Positions 51,790 through 63,716 are shown, numbered from the stretch's first letter. The stretch is 64,000 nt of DNA from Lingula anatina (GCA_051362555.1 CM120644.1:5464954-5528953); one strand, 5' to 3'. Translations and numbers: made by a program. Notes: generated by a model from the sequence alone, not told the origin.

Positions 51790-54497
51790 TCAATTTGGTG
51801 AATACAAATTAAAATCTTAGTTTAGTGAAGATTTCTTTTTGGTGCAATATTAATCATTTAGAGATCCGGATATGCCGTATAGTATTTATGAGATCAAAGC
51901 CAGAACAAATCTTTTTTTTAATTTTCAAGTTTTTTTTAATCATCCACACCACTTTTTGGTGACTATTTATGAGCAAACAGTAACTAAAAAATATTCAAAT
52001 TAGTTTATTTTTGTCTCAGATGAATAATTACAAATAATAAAAAAATCACAAAACTATAATACAGCAATACATGCAAAGCAGTGCAACATTTGTTGTGATC
52101 ATTACAACCTATATCATAATGTAGTCTAGCAAAACAAGATAATTTTCTATTCAAAAAGCAAAACTAACACAACTGCAAAATATATCCTGGTGTTATGAAA
52201 CATCTTAACAGTTTTATATCAAACATTACAGCTCATAACATCAAAGTTTATAATACATTCAAAAATAACTGCCGATTTTTTCTTCCTGAATAGTATGTAA
52301 CCCTCCTTACTGACATTTCAATCTCATCTTCATGCTCACAAATGCTAGGTTCTGCTGGCCTGTTTCTTGTGCCCTTCTAAACTCCTTCAGTAAAAACTCC
52401 TTTACTTTATTTGAATATAGTTTCAAAGGTTTATATGACTTTAAAGCTCATCCATTGTGTAACTCAGTGAGATATTCAAGATGGTGGAGTTCTCTAGGTA
52501 TAGTCCCAGTTGGTACATTTGCCACAGAAAAACCCAAATTAACTTTAACATCAGTATCACTCATATTAAAACTGCTCAAGGAAGAGAGACACCTTTTCTC
52601 ATGTTGTAGGAATCAAGAAAGACAAATGGTTGTAATTGGACACTCCAGTCCACGCAGGTTTGGAAGATGTCTGTCTAGCTGGATGTAGAAAATGGCAGCA
52701 AAAGAGCACCCCTCCACTCCATCTGCAGAAACTAAGGACTCATGCATCTCCTCAGCATTTGTTATATTGTGGCTTTCATTTACATACATGCCTTTCTACA
52801 ACATCCGTCATTTCCTCACTAGTTTCAGTTTCTGCAAGGCTTTGGACTCTTTTGCTGACCATAAGATCACTGTGTGTCAAATAACACCTCTCAAATGTGC
52901 CTGAAATATAAATATAGCTTACTATAGACACATGAAAACACTCAAAGTTAATTGATACGTTGATGAAAAATAAATTATTATCCCATGTGTCAATGTTTTA
53001 TAAGTAAGACATGGTTTCGAATATAAATTATGATGAGACTAGCAATTTTGCCAAGACCAGCCCTAGCTTCAATCTAATTCCAATTGTTACCCTTAAATTT
53101 ATTTTACCCAAATACCCTTATACCAACCTAAATACCTACACAAATATTAAAAGATAGAATTATCACAGGTCCTTAGGCTGCATGAAATTTCATTATTTGA
53201 AAGGGGCATTTTTCTTTAAAAAAAAGAAAAAAATGGACCGTTTACCATTAAAAAATTGCACCTAGATCATTTTTCTGAGTGACCTTTTTTTCTGGCTTTT
53301 AGCCTGTATTAAAATACAAACAAACCCGTTTCTTACCTGAACCAAGTGGCACCAGTATATTCAAATGGCTTTTTGTCTACACTGACATCTGCAAGTTAAT
53401 CCCATGACATCTTTCGTTATAGGCTCGTTTTCCCCTGTGTGGATGGTTTCCAGCACAAACCAAGCCCATATCCCTATGCTGGTCACATGGTGTAACCCAT
53501 TCATTCTCCCAAAGATACTTGAAAATCATCGGAGACAAAAGAGTCCACACCTGACAAGAATCAGTTTGCTTTCGTAACTCACGCTGTTTTGCTTCACGTA
53601 AACGCGACAAAGACGACTGTTAATATCTCTGTTGCAGTTTTTCAATACACTACATGTTTTTTCATATCTGAAGACACAGTATAAACCACACGATATACGA
53701 CTTCGGTGAGGAAGATTTGCAAAGAAACAGTCTGCGCTTTCCGCCATGTTGGATAATCACGCTGTGTTGTTCTGTCGTTAGTACATTAGTTTCACATGAT
53801 TTTAAAATGTGTTAGATGCTTGTTTTAACCAGAAAAAAAATTAGAATAGGTAAAATGAAGATATAAAGCTCAACTAACAGTGTTTTAAACCATTTGTTGA
53901 CTTGAAAGAGATAGCTGAAGTTGAGTGCACCGATATATGTGTCCAGATGAAATGAAGAAATTAGGTCATGTTCTATCTCTTACAACGGACAAGTTGTAGA
54001 ACAGCAGTAAGTTTTGATTTCATGTATAAATAGATTAATGAGTTATCTGTTAGTCCTGAACACACTTTACCCCAAAGACCTGTGAAGATGAAGATATTGT
54101 CAAAAATAGAAGGGGGGTGTTCAAAGCATGTGGTTCGAAGCCCTGAGAAAAACGTTTAGTTTGTTACCATGGAAACAAAGAGGGTGAAAAAAGTGTATAT
54201 CATTTTAATCCCCTATCTTTAGGTTATAACATATCACCAAACTAAATCATTAAGTGACACCTGTATAAACTGTAAGGCCAATCAATATAACCCTGTTTTT
54301 CAGATGAATTTTTGGTTGATTAACCCCCCAAATTGTGACTGCCCATATCTCTGTAGGTAGGGATTTTTTTCAGGAAATATTGCAGCCTCAGATATTGTTC
54401 ATATAAAGGTTCAAACACACCAAATATGGTGTCAATCCGTTCACCCCCGCCTTGCCACATTTTCTACATTTGGTCTGGTTTTCTCGTGGACACACAC
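50895..54497 (-). mobile_element. Nested TTAA-TSD DNA transposon, Sola3-like, degenerate
   Basis: TTAA|GAGCTTGTCCACGAGAGAACCAG ... CTGGTTTTCTCGTGGACACACAC|TTAA; the host arm rejoins once it is removed; decayed coding exons at 53337-53747 and about 52270-52900; superfamily assignment from memory of termini and motifs. Confidence 0.7.
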
Positions 54498-54526
54498 TTA
54501 AGGTGTACTCGTTAAAGGCCACGTGT

Positions 54527-54900
54527 CTAATAGCGTGTGTGTCTACCGCGTACTGTAATTATCTCCTGTAGGCGGCGCGGCCTGCTTTCAACAAGGATAA
54601 CAATTCTGTTTTGTGGGATATTCTCCCATTCTTCCCTAATAACTTGGGGGAGTTGGTTCAGTTTATTAGGAGTATGGTTCTCCTTTGCATTGCATACTTT
54701 ATTTCATGCCACAGATGCTTAGTAGGATAAATATCAGGGGTCAAAGTTGGTTGCCCCAGCCTCTGAACATTGGGTTTCTGCAACAAACCATTCAGCAGAC
54801 GAGAACTGTGTGCAAGTGCATTTCCACGATGACGCCTTCAGTATCCCTGAAGTCACACCTTGAAAATGGAGTGAGATATTTGTTGAGAATGTTTCAATGA
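54527..54900 (-). pseudogene. Tc1 transposase C-terminal remnant (left arm)
   Basis: TPDIYPTKHLWHEIK ... EEWENIPQNRIVILVESRPRRLQEIITVRGRHTRY* (compare SPDLNPIEHLW and SMPRR..AVI..KG..TKY). Confidence 0.85.
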
Positions 54901-55149
54901 ATTGCCCCAACAACGTTCGTTTCCGGAAAGAACAATGTACTAAAACCATGGGCTTGGAATGCCCTCCAAATGTTGTCTGACCGGACACCTCAGGCGATAT
55001 TATCCTGCACACACCTTCCAAAGGCATTCTGCTACATGTCGACGGGCCCAAATTTGACCATCAAAGGCATACAAGAAATACATTGATTTTTCAGCAAAAC
55101 CAACTTGTTCCTAATGATGGTTAACCAAGTTCTGGTAGTTCTGTGGTCA

Positions 55150-55480
55150 CTGAACGTAACATTACCAACTGATACCTCATTCCGTCTGCAAGAGGGGACT
55201 TCAGGGGTGATTCAGGCTTTATCATGACAGCACACTTGCACACAGTTCTCGTCTGCTGAGTGATTTGTTGCAGAAACCCAGCGTTCTCAGGGTGGAGAAA
55301 CCATCTTTGAGCCCTGATTATAAACCTATGGAACACCCGTGTCATGAACTGAAGTGTGCAATCCAGAGGAGAACCGAACTCCGAATAGATCGGACCAATT
55401 TTGCCAACGTTTTAAGGAAACATAGGCAGCGGCGCCGTCTACAGGAGGTAATAACAGTACGCGGTAAACACACACACTAA
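55150..55480 (+). pseudogene. Tc1 transposase C-terminal remnant (right arm)
   Basis: PSLSPDYKPMEHPCHELK ... RRLQEVITVRGKHTH*. Confidence 0.8.
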
Positions 55481-55824
55481 TTAACACGTGACCTTTAACG
55501 AGCACGCCCTAATGCTAAATGTGTGTAAATTTGGTGACTTTCGGTGGTGTATTTTCAAATTAATGGACATTACTTTACCTCTGTGATAATGACAGTTGAA
55601 CATCGGATTTGAGGGGGTACATGTGATAAATGTGAATAAATGGTATTAAATATGGATATATTCACCGCTAGTTTGTATTTTCCGTACCACTAATCATGTT
55701 AGTTATGGTATCTGGAATGAAAATCACCATTCATAGCAATTGATTCCTGTGATGTGATCATTTATAAATAAAAGCACATGAAATTGGGGGTGGGACAACC
55801 TTTTTGACCAATGTTGTATAAACA

Positions 55825-55859
<35 letters not shown>

Positions 55860-57191
55860 ATATTGTAGATAATCAAAAAGCAATTAAATCAGCAAGGTTG
55901 AAATATATATCATGTTACCAAACTGTGTGTAGTAGAGTTTTGGCTATAACATGTTCATCTCATAGCTTTCTTGGCGAATCCACCAGGAGCTGAATCGATC
56001 TACATAGAACGATAATTTTATTGGGAATGGGTCCTTAAAATTAAAGATTGGGATTTTTCTGTTTCGTCTCATTCCGTTCACCAAGTTGCCAAAAACGTAT
56101 GTTGTACAAGTGTCGGTATTGAGAGGCAGCACTGATACAAGATTTCTGTACGGTCAATATATGTATCAGATGAAATGCCATTTTGCAGTATACGTGCACT
56201 GATGACGTGTGATATGACTGTCTGAAATGAATGATAATGTCATCATACCATTTTCAACATACAGGTACATTAGAGAGTAACTGCTGGATGCAACAAACCT
56301 CGTCAAAAACTCAGCATCTCTCATATTTTTCAACTGTTACTGAACATTCTTCCGGACGTAAGTTTTCGTTTAAGGAATAGTATTATTTGTAAATACCACT
56401 TGCAAAGATTAGTATTGCCTTTTCACATACAGCAACGAGATAAAGGCAGATAAGGAGATGAAGGGAATGGGGCAGTAGTGTTTAAGTACGAATCTATATA
56501 CTTAATGCAACACAGAGAGTAAATGAATGTTATTCATCACTTGGTTTCTCCCTTCTCTCTCTCTCTCTCTCATGCACAAACACACACATATACACACACA
56601 CACACACACACCCTGTGCTCGCAGTGGCACATAACCTGACACAAAACCATTTGTCAATATTCGCAGTTTACCATTATACATATGTAAAATGTTGAATTAA
56701 AATGGAATGGGGGTAAATTCAATTAACTGTTTGGTCCCATTTCATATTTCTCTACACAATTGACCCCTGACCTGACACAAATACCTAAAAGAAGTTAGGG
56801 ATCACCCGCCATTTAAGATACAAAAGTTTGAACCATTTGACTTGTTTTCAAAATGTTCTAATTGTAAGACAAAGTCATCATTTTAATGGCATATCTATTT
56901 TAACTGTGTTGCAATAAAAATGAATATTGCACTCGTTAAAAGTATCAATTGTTATAATTTTGGGTGGTGAAGTGCATGTACGTAGAAATTTGGATAAAAT
57001 GTCTTGGCCTCTCAACTTTCTCAGGGCTATGTGAAAATCGAGGTTCTAATGGATAGATGGCATGCTTGCAACCACCCATGTTAATAGTCATCTTGAGAAT
57101 TACAAGAGAATTGCAAGTGCTTTGACTGGCACATTCTTTAGCCATGCTCCAATTCCGTGGTTCGTCACTGCAGGAAAAAGGTTAGTACCTT

Positions 57192-57475
57192 CCCGCATGA
57201 AAATGCAGTAGTATCGAAGTAGCAAAGAAGCATTAACGCAGTAGTGGTGTGGAGCATATTTGCAGTAGAAATGCAGTAGAGCCTACTGCAATTCTACTTC
57301 AAAAATTACATAGGGTTGTACAGAAGAGGAGCATTAATGCAGTAGATTAGCAGCATGATAGAAGCATGTTTCAAATATGCTAATTAGCTCCCCAATCGAA
57401 GCAGATTTGAAGCATGTTTGCAGTATGATTGCAGTAGTCTACTGCGCTGGAGTATCTACTTCGTTTTCGTGCGGG
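57192..57475. mobile_element. CCC...GGG MITE copy 4 (TSD TT)
   Basis: Same family as 3733, 16064 and 36952. Confidence 0.8.
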
Positions 57476-57885
57476 TTATATTATTAAATAGAGGTTTTGA
57501 CAAACAAAAGACCACCAAAACATTCTTCCGGAAATCTCAATTAAAAAATAATTTTAGAATTATATCGGACATCCTACAGAAAACTATCTACGATGTACAC
57601 GTACGCTTAAATAAGTATAACTACTTTAGATCATTCAATTACCAAAATACATATAAGTTAACTACTTCATACATGTAGCTCACAATAGTAAGACACAATA
57701 TAATAATACTGGATATAGTATTTTGTACAATATGCATTTGCTACTTAGGCATAACTGACTTTATATACTTGGCCACTGCATAACATGTCAATAAAATTAA
57801 CAAATATAACAAGAATTGATGGTAGTTTAAATGCCGTTGGCAAAATTCGTTTTATTTTTGTTCTAAATTTTGAAGTTTATCTTAC

Positions 57886-58699
57886 CAACGGGACTGGCCC
57901 ATAAATAGTGGTTGAGAATGCCTGTCCTTGCATGTACCTTCTTCCAGGACAAGATATTACTGTAATTGTAATGTGCGTGTGCATTACGCAATATGTCAGG
58001 AATTATATGAATTAGACAAATCTGTGAATATCTTGTGAAAATCAATATATTGCCGTTTTAGACGATATCCTCCCAGCAGGTGGATTTGCCACGCACCTTT
58101 GGGTCTCGAGGTTAGTTTAAAGCTTCTGAAACGAGGTTCCACCTATGTTCTACCAGACACCAGATGGATGATGTCGTCAAAGTCTCAAAATCTACCAAAG
58201 GGCCCTCCGCCGATTTTGGAGCAGGTAGATCGACCCCTGGTAACATGTTCCCGGAATCTAGTAGTAAGTGAAAGGAGACCTCCTTACAAAAATTTCAAAA
58301 AGAATGTGTTATAGAGCTCAGTGGAATTCCTGCCTAAGACATTTGTCCCCTAGCAGCATATAGAATTTTGCCCAATCACCTATAGGTTGAATAGTGGGGA
58401 AAGGGATATGTTATCCTGTTATATTTTAATTGAGTTATCCCATAACCTCACTCAGATTTGTTTGGGGATTTCGTTGTCATGTATTTATAATAGCCAGCTA
58501 TAAATATTGGTGGAATATTTTGTGTGAGGCCACAAGTCAGCTGCTGAGAGAACTGTGACATGGGACTAACAATTAAGTGCATTTGCCTAAATTCCCGTTC
58601 AACCATAATGTTTTGTTTTTCAGCAGTTTCACTTACTGTATCTATTATGGTAGGCTGCGAATATTGAAATATGTTTATGTCAATATATACATGTATGCC

Positions 58700-58700
<1 letters not shown>
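57886..58700 (-). repeat. Most complete copy of the amplified unit (exon-like boundaries)
   Basis: On the minus strand it begins after (CA)n-CAG and ends at CGTTG/GTAAGA; a partial forward copy lies at about 56620-56785. Confidence 0.7.
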
Positions 58701-58748
<48 letters not shown>

Positions 58749-59700
58749 GTGTGTGCAAGAGAGAGAGAGAGAGGGTGGGGAACCATGTGATTAGTAATAC
58801 TATCATAATGCCTCAATAACAATTATGATGAATATCAATATCAATAATGGTGGTTGAGTTGACGCGAGCAACATGCTTTTTACGCTCGAAATTGTCTAGT
58901 TTATCTTACCAACGGACTGACCCTCTAACAGTGGTTGAAAACACTTGTCCCCCATGTTCGCTTTACCAGCGCCGCAGATTATTTGCGTGTACCGTAGTTC
59001 TTAACTACAGATTTTTGTTTCATGAATCAGATGTTTTGTGTCAAGGTCTGTGTGTGTATGTATGTATGTATGTGTGCTGTAATGCTTTTTATTGACGACC
59101 TAGCAAAAATTGGCACATTTCGTGTGGTTTACGGCATTTAATATTTATTATTTTAGAGTATTTTATACAAAATATATAAACATAATTTACACTCGATTAT
59201 GGAAATGGTTTGAAACGATATCGAGGGACACGTATCTTATAATCTACATGGTATACGGGGTGGAAAATGGCTTAAAACTAAACATTGTCACATTTCTGGA
59301 CGTAAATGTAAATACGACCTACTTTCTTTCCTGCAACATGTAAAGCAAAGGAGTTAAGCAGAAAATACCAGTGTCTGTGCAAACATCAATTTTCAGGACA
59401 TAATTCAACGAAATTCTGCAATATTTCTTCATTAAAAATATTTGAAACATTATACATGTACTGATATTTGGTTCAGATAAGTGTCAATCATTTGACAAAA
59501 GCACTCGTTCAATATGCATGTTAAATTAATTTGATGTGCCAAGGGTGGAGGTCCTGACATGTAACACTACAATGTCATAATAGTTTTAATTATTCAACAC
59601 TGATCAAAACTGAAATCCACCGCTTGACTTTAAAGTTTGATAAGATTCAACAAGCAATTCGAACAGAGGTATTACGTTTTTTTTTTTTTAAATTCTTCAG

Positions 59701-60804
59701 CCTATCAAATACAGGCAACTGACTGGTTGATTGGAAGCGCAAGATGCGCACCCTATTTAGGGTCTTCGATGTAAACGGCGATGGATCATGGTTACTGTAC
59801 AGCAGAAAATATGGAGGTGGCCGACAGAGATACTGCAGAGTAAATGAAACTTGACGATTTTTGTCTGAAAAAATGTTGGATTCGTATTTTAATTGTAGGC
59901 CTGCTTGGTAATGAAAATGATACATATTATTATATATTTTTCTAAAACATATTAGAAACCTATTTTATTTTGCACAAACATTCCACATGCTTATGCCATT
60001 ATCAGCGAAAGTCAATAAAAAATACCAACATTCTTCAGTAGTATTTAAATATATACATTCATTCATGTATTTTATGTTAAACGTGCGGTACTGTAATATA
60101 CATGTATTTCAGAAGAAAATTCTAATTGCTGTCAACCAACCGGCTTAAATGGCTGCACTGTAATATACATGTATTTCAGAAGAAAATTCTAATTGCTGTC
60201 AACCAACCGGCTTAAATGTCTGTCACGCCTAGTATAGCTGTTAGAGGGTATTTATCTTTACCCCCAGCTGATTCGGTAGGCGTGACATATGTTTAAGCCG
60301 GTTAGTTGACAGCAATTAGTGAGACTCCCCAGGGAGTTAGATCAATCCAGAAGGATCGATCTAGGCACGGGGACCCAGTTCAAGATAATTACCCCCTAAT
60401 AGCTTTACTAGGAGCGACAGAAAGATAGATCAATCCAAATATCTGTGGGAACCAATGCCGTGCCTAGTTGAGAGATTTGATATCTAAAAATTCAAAAGTA
60501 AAGGCACATAAATTGAGGATGAGTTCGTGCAAAATCACCTCATCAACATGAATGAAAGCAAGTTCCGAAAAATATGGTTTGATATCCTTTCTTTAAGATT
60601 TCAAATGATGGATATTGATGTAGATACATTTGTGTCTCTAGATGAACCTGCTTTTTCTACAGTTTCAACATCATGGACACTGACAATGACGGCTTCATCT
60701 CCAAGAAAGAGTTTGTTCACGCACACACTGAATTTTAGTCTACAGAAAATCCTGACAACAAATACAATGAATGCTTTGGTCCGCTCACTGACATTGAAAA
60801 TTGA
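59701..60804 (+). pseudogene. Sarcoplasmic calcium-binding protein (SCP)-like EF-hand pseudogene
   Basis: WKRKMRTLFRVFDVNGDG; FQMMDIDVDTFVSLDE; FNIMDTDNDGFISKKEFVHAHTEF*STENPDNKYNECFGPL; frameshifts, stops and a deletion. Confidence 0.82.
60090..60319. repeat. 68-bp tandem duplication overlapping a ~130-bp hairpin element (60189-60319)
   Basis: ctaattgctgtcaaccaaccggcttaaa...gtcacgccta / taggcgtgac...tttaagccggttagttgacagcaattag. Confidence 0.75.
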
Positions 60805-61536
60805 AACGATGCTTTCTATTACCAGTTACCAGATACTTAAAATGATAATTCGGTTCATTAAAAACGCAATATAAACTTAAATGTGACATGGAATATTACA
60901 TACCAATGTTCTAGACGAACGTCCTAAATATACAATATATGCGATTTATTAAACTAACAGAAACAGTTGATGCCGAATAAGTTAAAGCACAAATTGAACA
61001 AAGTCCTATTTGGATCTCAGTACGTACTGTTGCAACAGAATAAGTATAGAAACTTGGTAACATACAAAATGATTTTAACGATTGTTGAGGTTGATGGTGA
61101 AATTTTTTTGTTGTGAGACGATAACAGCTGTACATAAAATTTATACCATTATATCTTTAAAAAATAAATTTTAACAGTGATGTATTTAAAATATTCCAAA
61201 TATATATATATAAGCATTATAGATCTAAGTGTTTACATGCAGTCACCTGTACCATTGTTATTGAATATACAGGGTATTGTACAGAAAAATATGAATTGAC
61301 AAATTTAACCATTTGCAATATCCTTAACAAATATGTAAAACGGCCAATCATATAAAGTCATCCACGGTGGAATGAGGGGTTGAAAAAAATGTCCATTCAC
61401 TGAGTTAACAACAAAAACCGTGACAGCACTTTGAACGCAGCCATAATTAAGCCACAACCTAGATTTGTGCTGTTCTTCCATCGCCTTGGTTGTCGTCACT
61501 TGCATTAGCATCTCCGTGCTCAGTGGCACGAAAATG

Positions 61537-61632
61537 CTACTTATCACCTGCGTCATTGAAGAACTCCTCGACGTAGAGCCGCAATGGCGACCAAAGCGAC
61601 GGTTCCATCTCCCCCCTCTTGAGTTCCATGAG
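61537..61632 (-). CDS. GABA-B-like GPCR copy 2, probable terminal coding exon
   Basis: LMELKRGEMEPSLWSPLRLYVEEFFNDAGDK*; ttacag acceptor. Confidence 0.65.
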   Translation of the reverse strand, partial: LMELKRGEMEPSLWSPLRLYVEEFFNDAGDK

Positions 61633-61980
61633 CTGTAAGAATCACAGATATATTTTTAAAAAGCACATCCCCACCTTGTTTCAAAGGCTACAGCATTACA
61701 AAGAAATTTGGCGTTTGATTGGTTGAAAGCTTCGCGTGATTCTTTGGTTTCATTCTTTCTGAATTAAATTCATAAGACAAACAGACCGCCGGGAATTTTC
61801 AGAATTAATCCATACAAAAGCATGAAATAGTTTTCACAAGTATATACGTCAACTCGCTTGGTGTCCATCCTCAGTATCTGTATCTTTCTTTCATGGCAAA
61901 AAATGAATACTTCGCTGATTTAATTTTTTTGCTTAAATCAAACAGTCAAATAAAAGTGCCATTTTAAAATAGTGTTTTAC

Positions 61981-62176
61981 CTTGGGAATCAAAAGCAACA
62001 AAACCGTAGTTATGATAGCGAAGAGCGTGAAGCCAGCTACGACCCCAAAGTTGACACTGGGCTCTTCTTGTACGAGGACACCTACTGGAACTCCGACAAC
62101 AGTCGCCAAGGCAATGATAACCATAGCAAAACCAACCAGACTGCTGTCACCAGTATCTCTCTTCACCGACATCACC
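61981..62176 (-). CDS. GABA-B-like GPCR copy 2, TM6-TM7 exon
   Basis: 196 bp, same length and phase as 353-548; ends in LLLLIPK/GT. Confidence 0.88.
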
Positions 62177-62448
62177 CTAGAAAAATAAGAAACTAATGCA
62201 AATATTACGTTATATCAAATAGCAGTATAATAATATAAGTAGAACCGAAAGTTGTATCCATGACGTAGGTAGAAACTACAGACCCTATATATACAGGGAA
62301 TACAGTAAAAATGTCTGAAAGTAAACTTCAAGCATTATGTCAATAATGTGTTTCCATGTTGTGTCTGACGTGATTCGAAGATTTGAAAGTGTTCTGGATG
62401 CGACAGATAGTGTGTTGGATGTTACGGTGTACATATTGGTTCACGTAC

Positions 62449-62588
62449 CAGGTAGGCCAGGCCAAGCAAACAGAGACCAGCAACAGCAGACCTTTGTACA
62501 CGATAAACGCAATGGTCCAGCCCATAGCGCTCCCGCTGTGACATTGGCGATAGAAGGTCTGATACCGCACCATCTTGGCACCATCTCT
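62449..62588 (-). CDS. GABA-B-like GPCR copy 2, ECL2-TM5 exon
   Basis: RDGAKMVRYQTFYRQCHSGSAMGWTIAFIVYKGLLLLVSVCLAWPT; conserved ECL2 Cys. Confidence 0.85.
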
Positions 62589-62830
62589 CTAATTTAAAGA
62601 AGGAACAGGGGTAATATTATATTCAAGACAAACTGTGAGGCAGCAGCTGAGCTAATGTACTGGTCGCACATGTGCCACCTTTGGTACAATATGAAAAAAA
62701 GTACTAAAGCAATGTGACTTTGAAAAAAAGACCAATTACCAACTTGATAAGTAGTTGAGTCTAAAAGCAATATATTCTCTTTCACAAGGTACATATACAT
62801 GGTGGAGACCACCAGTATAGGTCAACTTAC

Positions 62831-62956
62831 AATTTCGGGTAAAAGCTTATCTTCCACCACGAGTGGGTCAGTCAACTGCCAGATAAGCAGCATCAAAATA
62901 TCAATAACCAACAGTATGGCAACTCCAGACAGCATGCGCAGTTCTACTTGCAGACC
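62831..62956 (-). CDS. GABA-B-like GPCR copy 2, TM4 exon (not in the ORF track)
   Basis: GLQVELRMLSGVAILLVIDILMLLIWQLTDPLVVEDKLLPEI; GABA-B LL.ID..L..W...DP motif; ccag / GTAAGT; phase 0-0. Confidence 0.88.
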
Positions 62957-63537
62957 CTGGCAGATATATATTGTACATAAAGATCCGAAACTGAAGTCGT
63001 AACATTTTGGTTTGCCACATTAAAGATGAACAACATTCAATGTACGTGGATATATGTGTGGTATACGTATATCTGTGAATATCCGTAAAAATCCATCAGT
63101 CGCCCTGGTAGAGGGTAGGTACAGGTATATGTGAGTGGTTTATGTGTGAAATAGCACGGGCACTGCAGCTGTAATAAAAGCATTTAATGTAGCTTGCTTC
63201 GTTGATAGTTGATGTGTCTGCTTGGGTAATCATTGTATTTGCCTGCAATCCTTTCTATGAGAATGTTTTGGATTTCACGATATGTGACAGTCTGTTGTAC
63301 GTGAGATTTAAGTGGATGCACACAGTACAGCTCATGTGAGACAGAATCAAGAGCTGACCACTACAAGTTTAAGTTAATTTCTTAGTTAGCTAATAACTAT
63401 CGAATTGTGTCCCACATGCAGTGTGCTGAATACGACAATATCATGTATGCGACAATTTAACAGATGTGGCAGTATGCAATATGTTAATAAAACGCTGCGT
63501 TTTACTCAAAGCCAATATTACATTAATAAAAACTCAC

Positions 63538-63716
63538 CCAATCCTGCTGATAACGAAAGAGGCGATACACTCCCCACATCTTTAGAGGCATGGTACCAAA
63601 CGACAGTGTAAACCCAGTCACAAACAGCCAGACAAAGGCATTACATGGTACATTACTGGTCGACGGCAACTCTGTCGCACTGCCTAGAACAAATGATCTG
63701 GTTTTAGAATATAGAC
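63538..63716 (-). CDS. GABA-B-like GPCR copy 2, ECL1-TM3 exon (acceptor uncertain)
   Basis: PCNAFVWLFVTGFTLSFGTMPLKMWGVYRLF (compare C...W....GF.L.FG.MF.K.WRV..IF); GTGAGT donor. Confidence 0.8.

Larger units (their letters stand above)
50587..55816. mobile_element. Tc1-family foldback element, TA TSD, interrupted by a nested element
   Basis: TA|CAACATTGGTCAAAAAGGTTGTCCCACCC at both ends; long imperfect inverted arms; Tc1 C-terminal remnants on both strands. Confidence 0.88.

Noticed and set aside
59701-60804. Calling the EF-hand remnant an aequorin-like photoprotein
   Set aside because: Motifs fit the generic SCP family; no specific photoprotein residues can be supported from a degraded sequence
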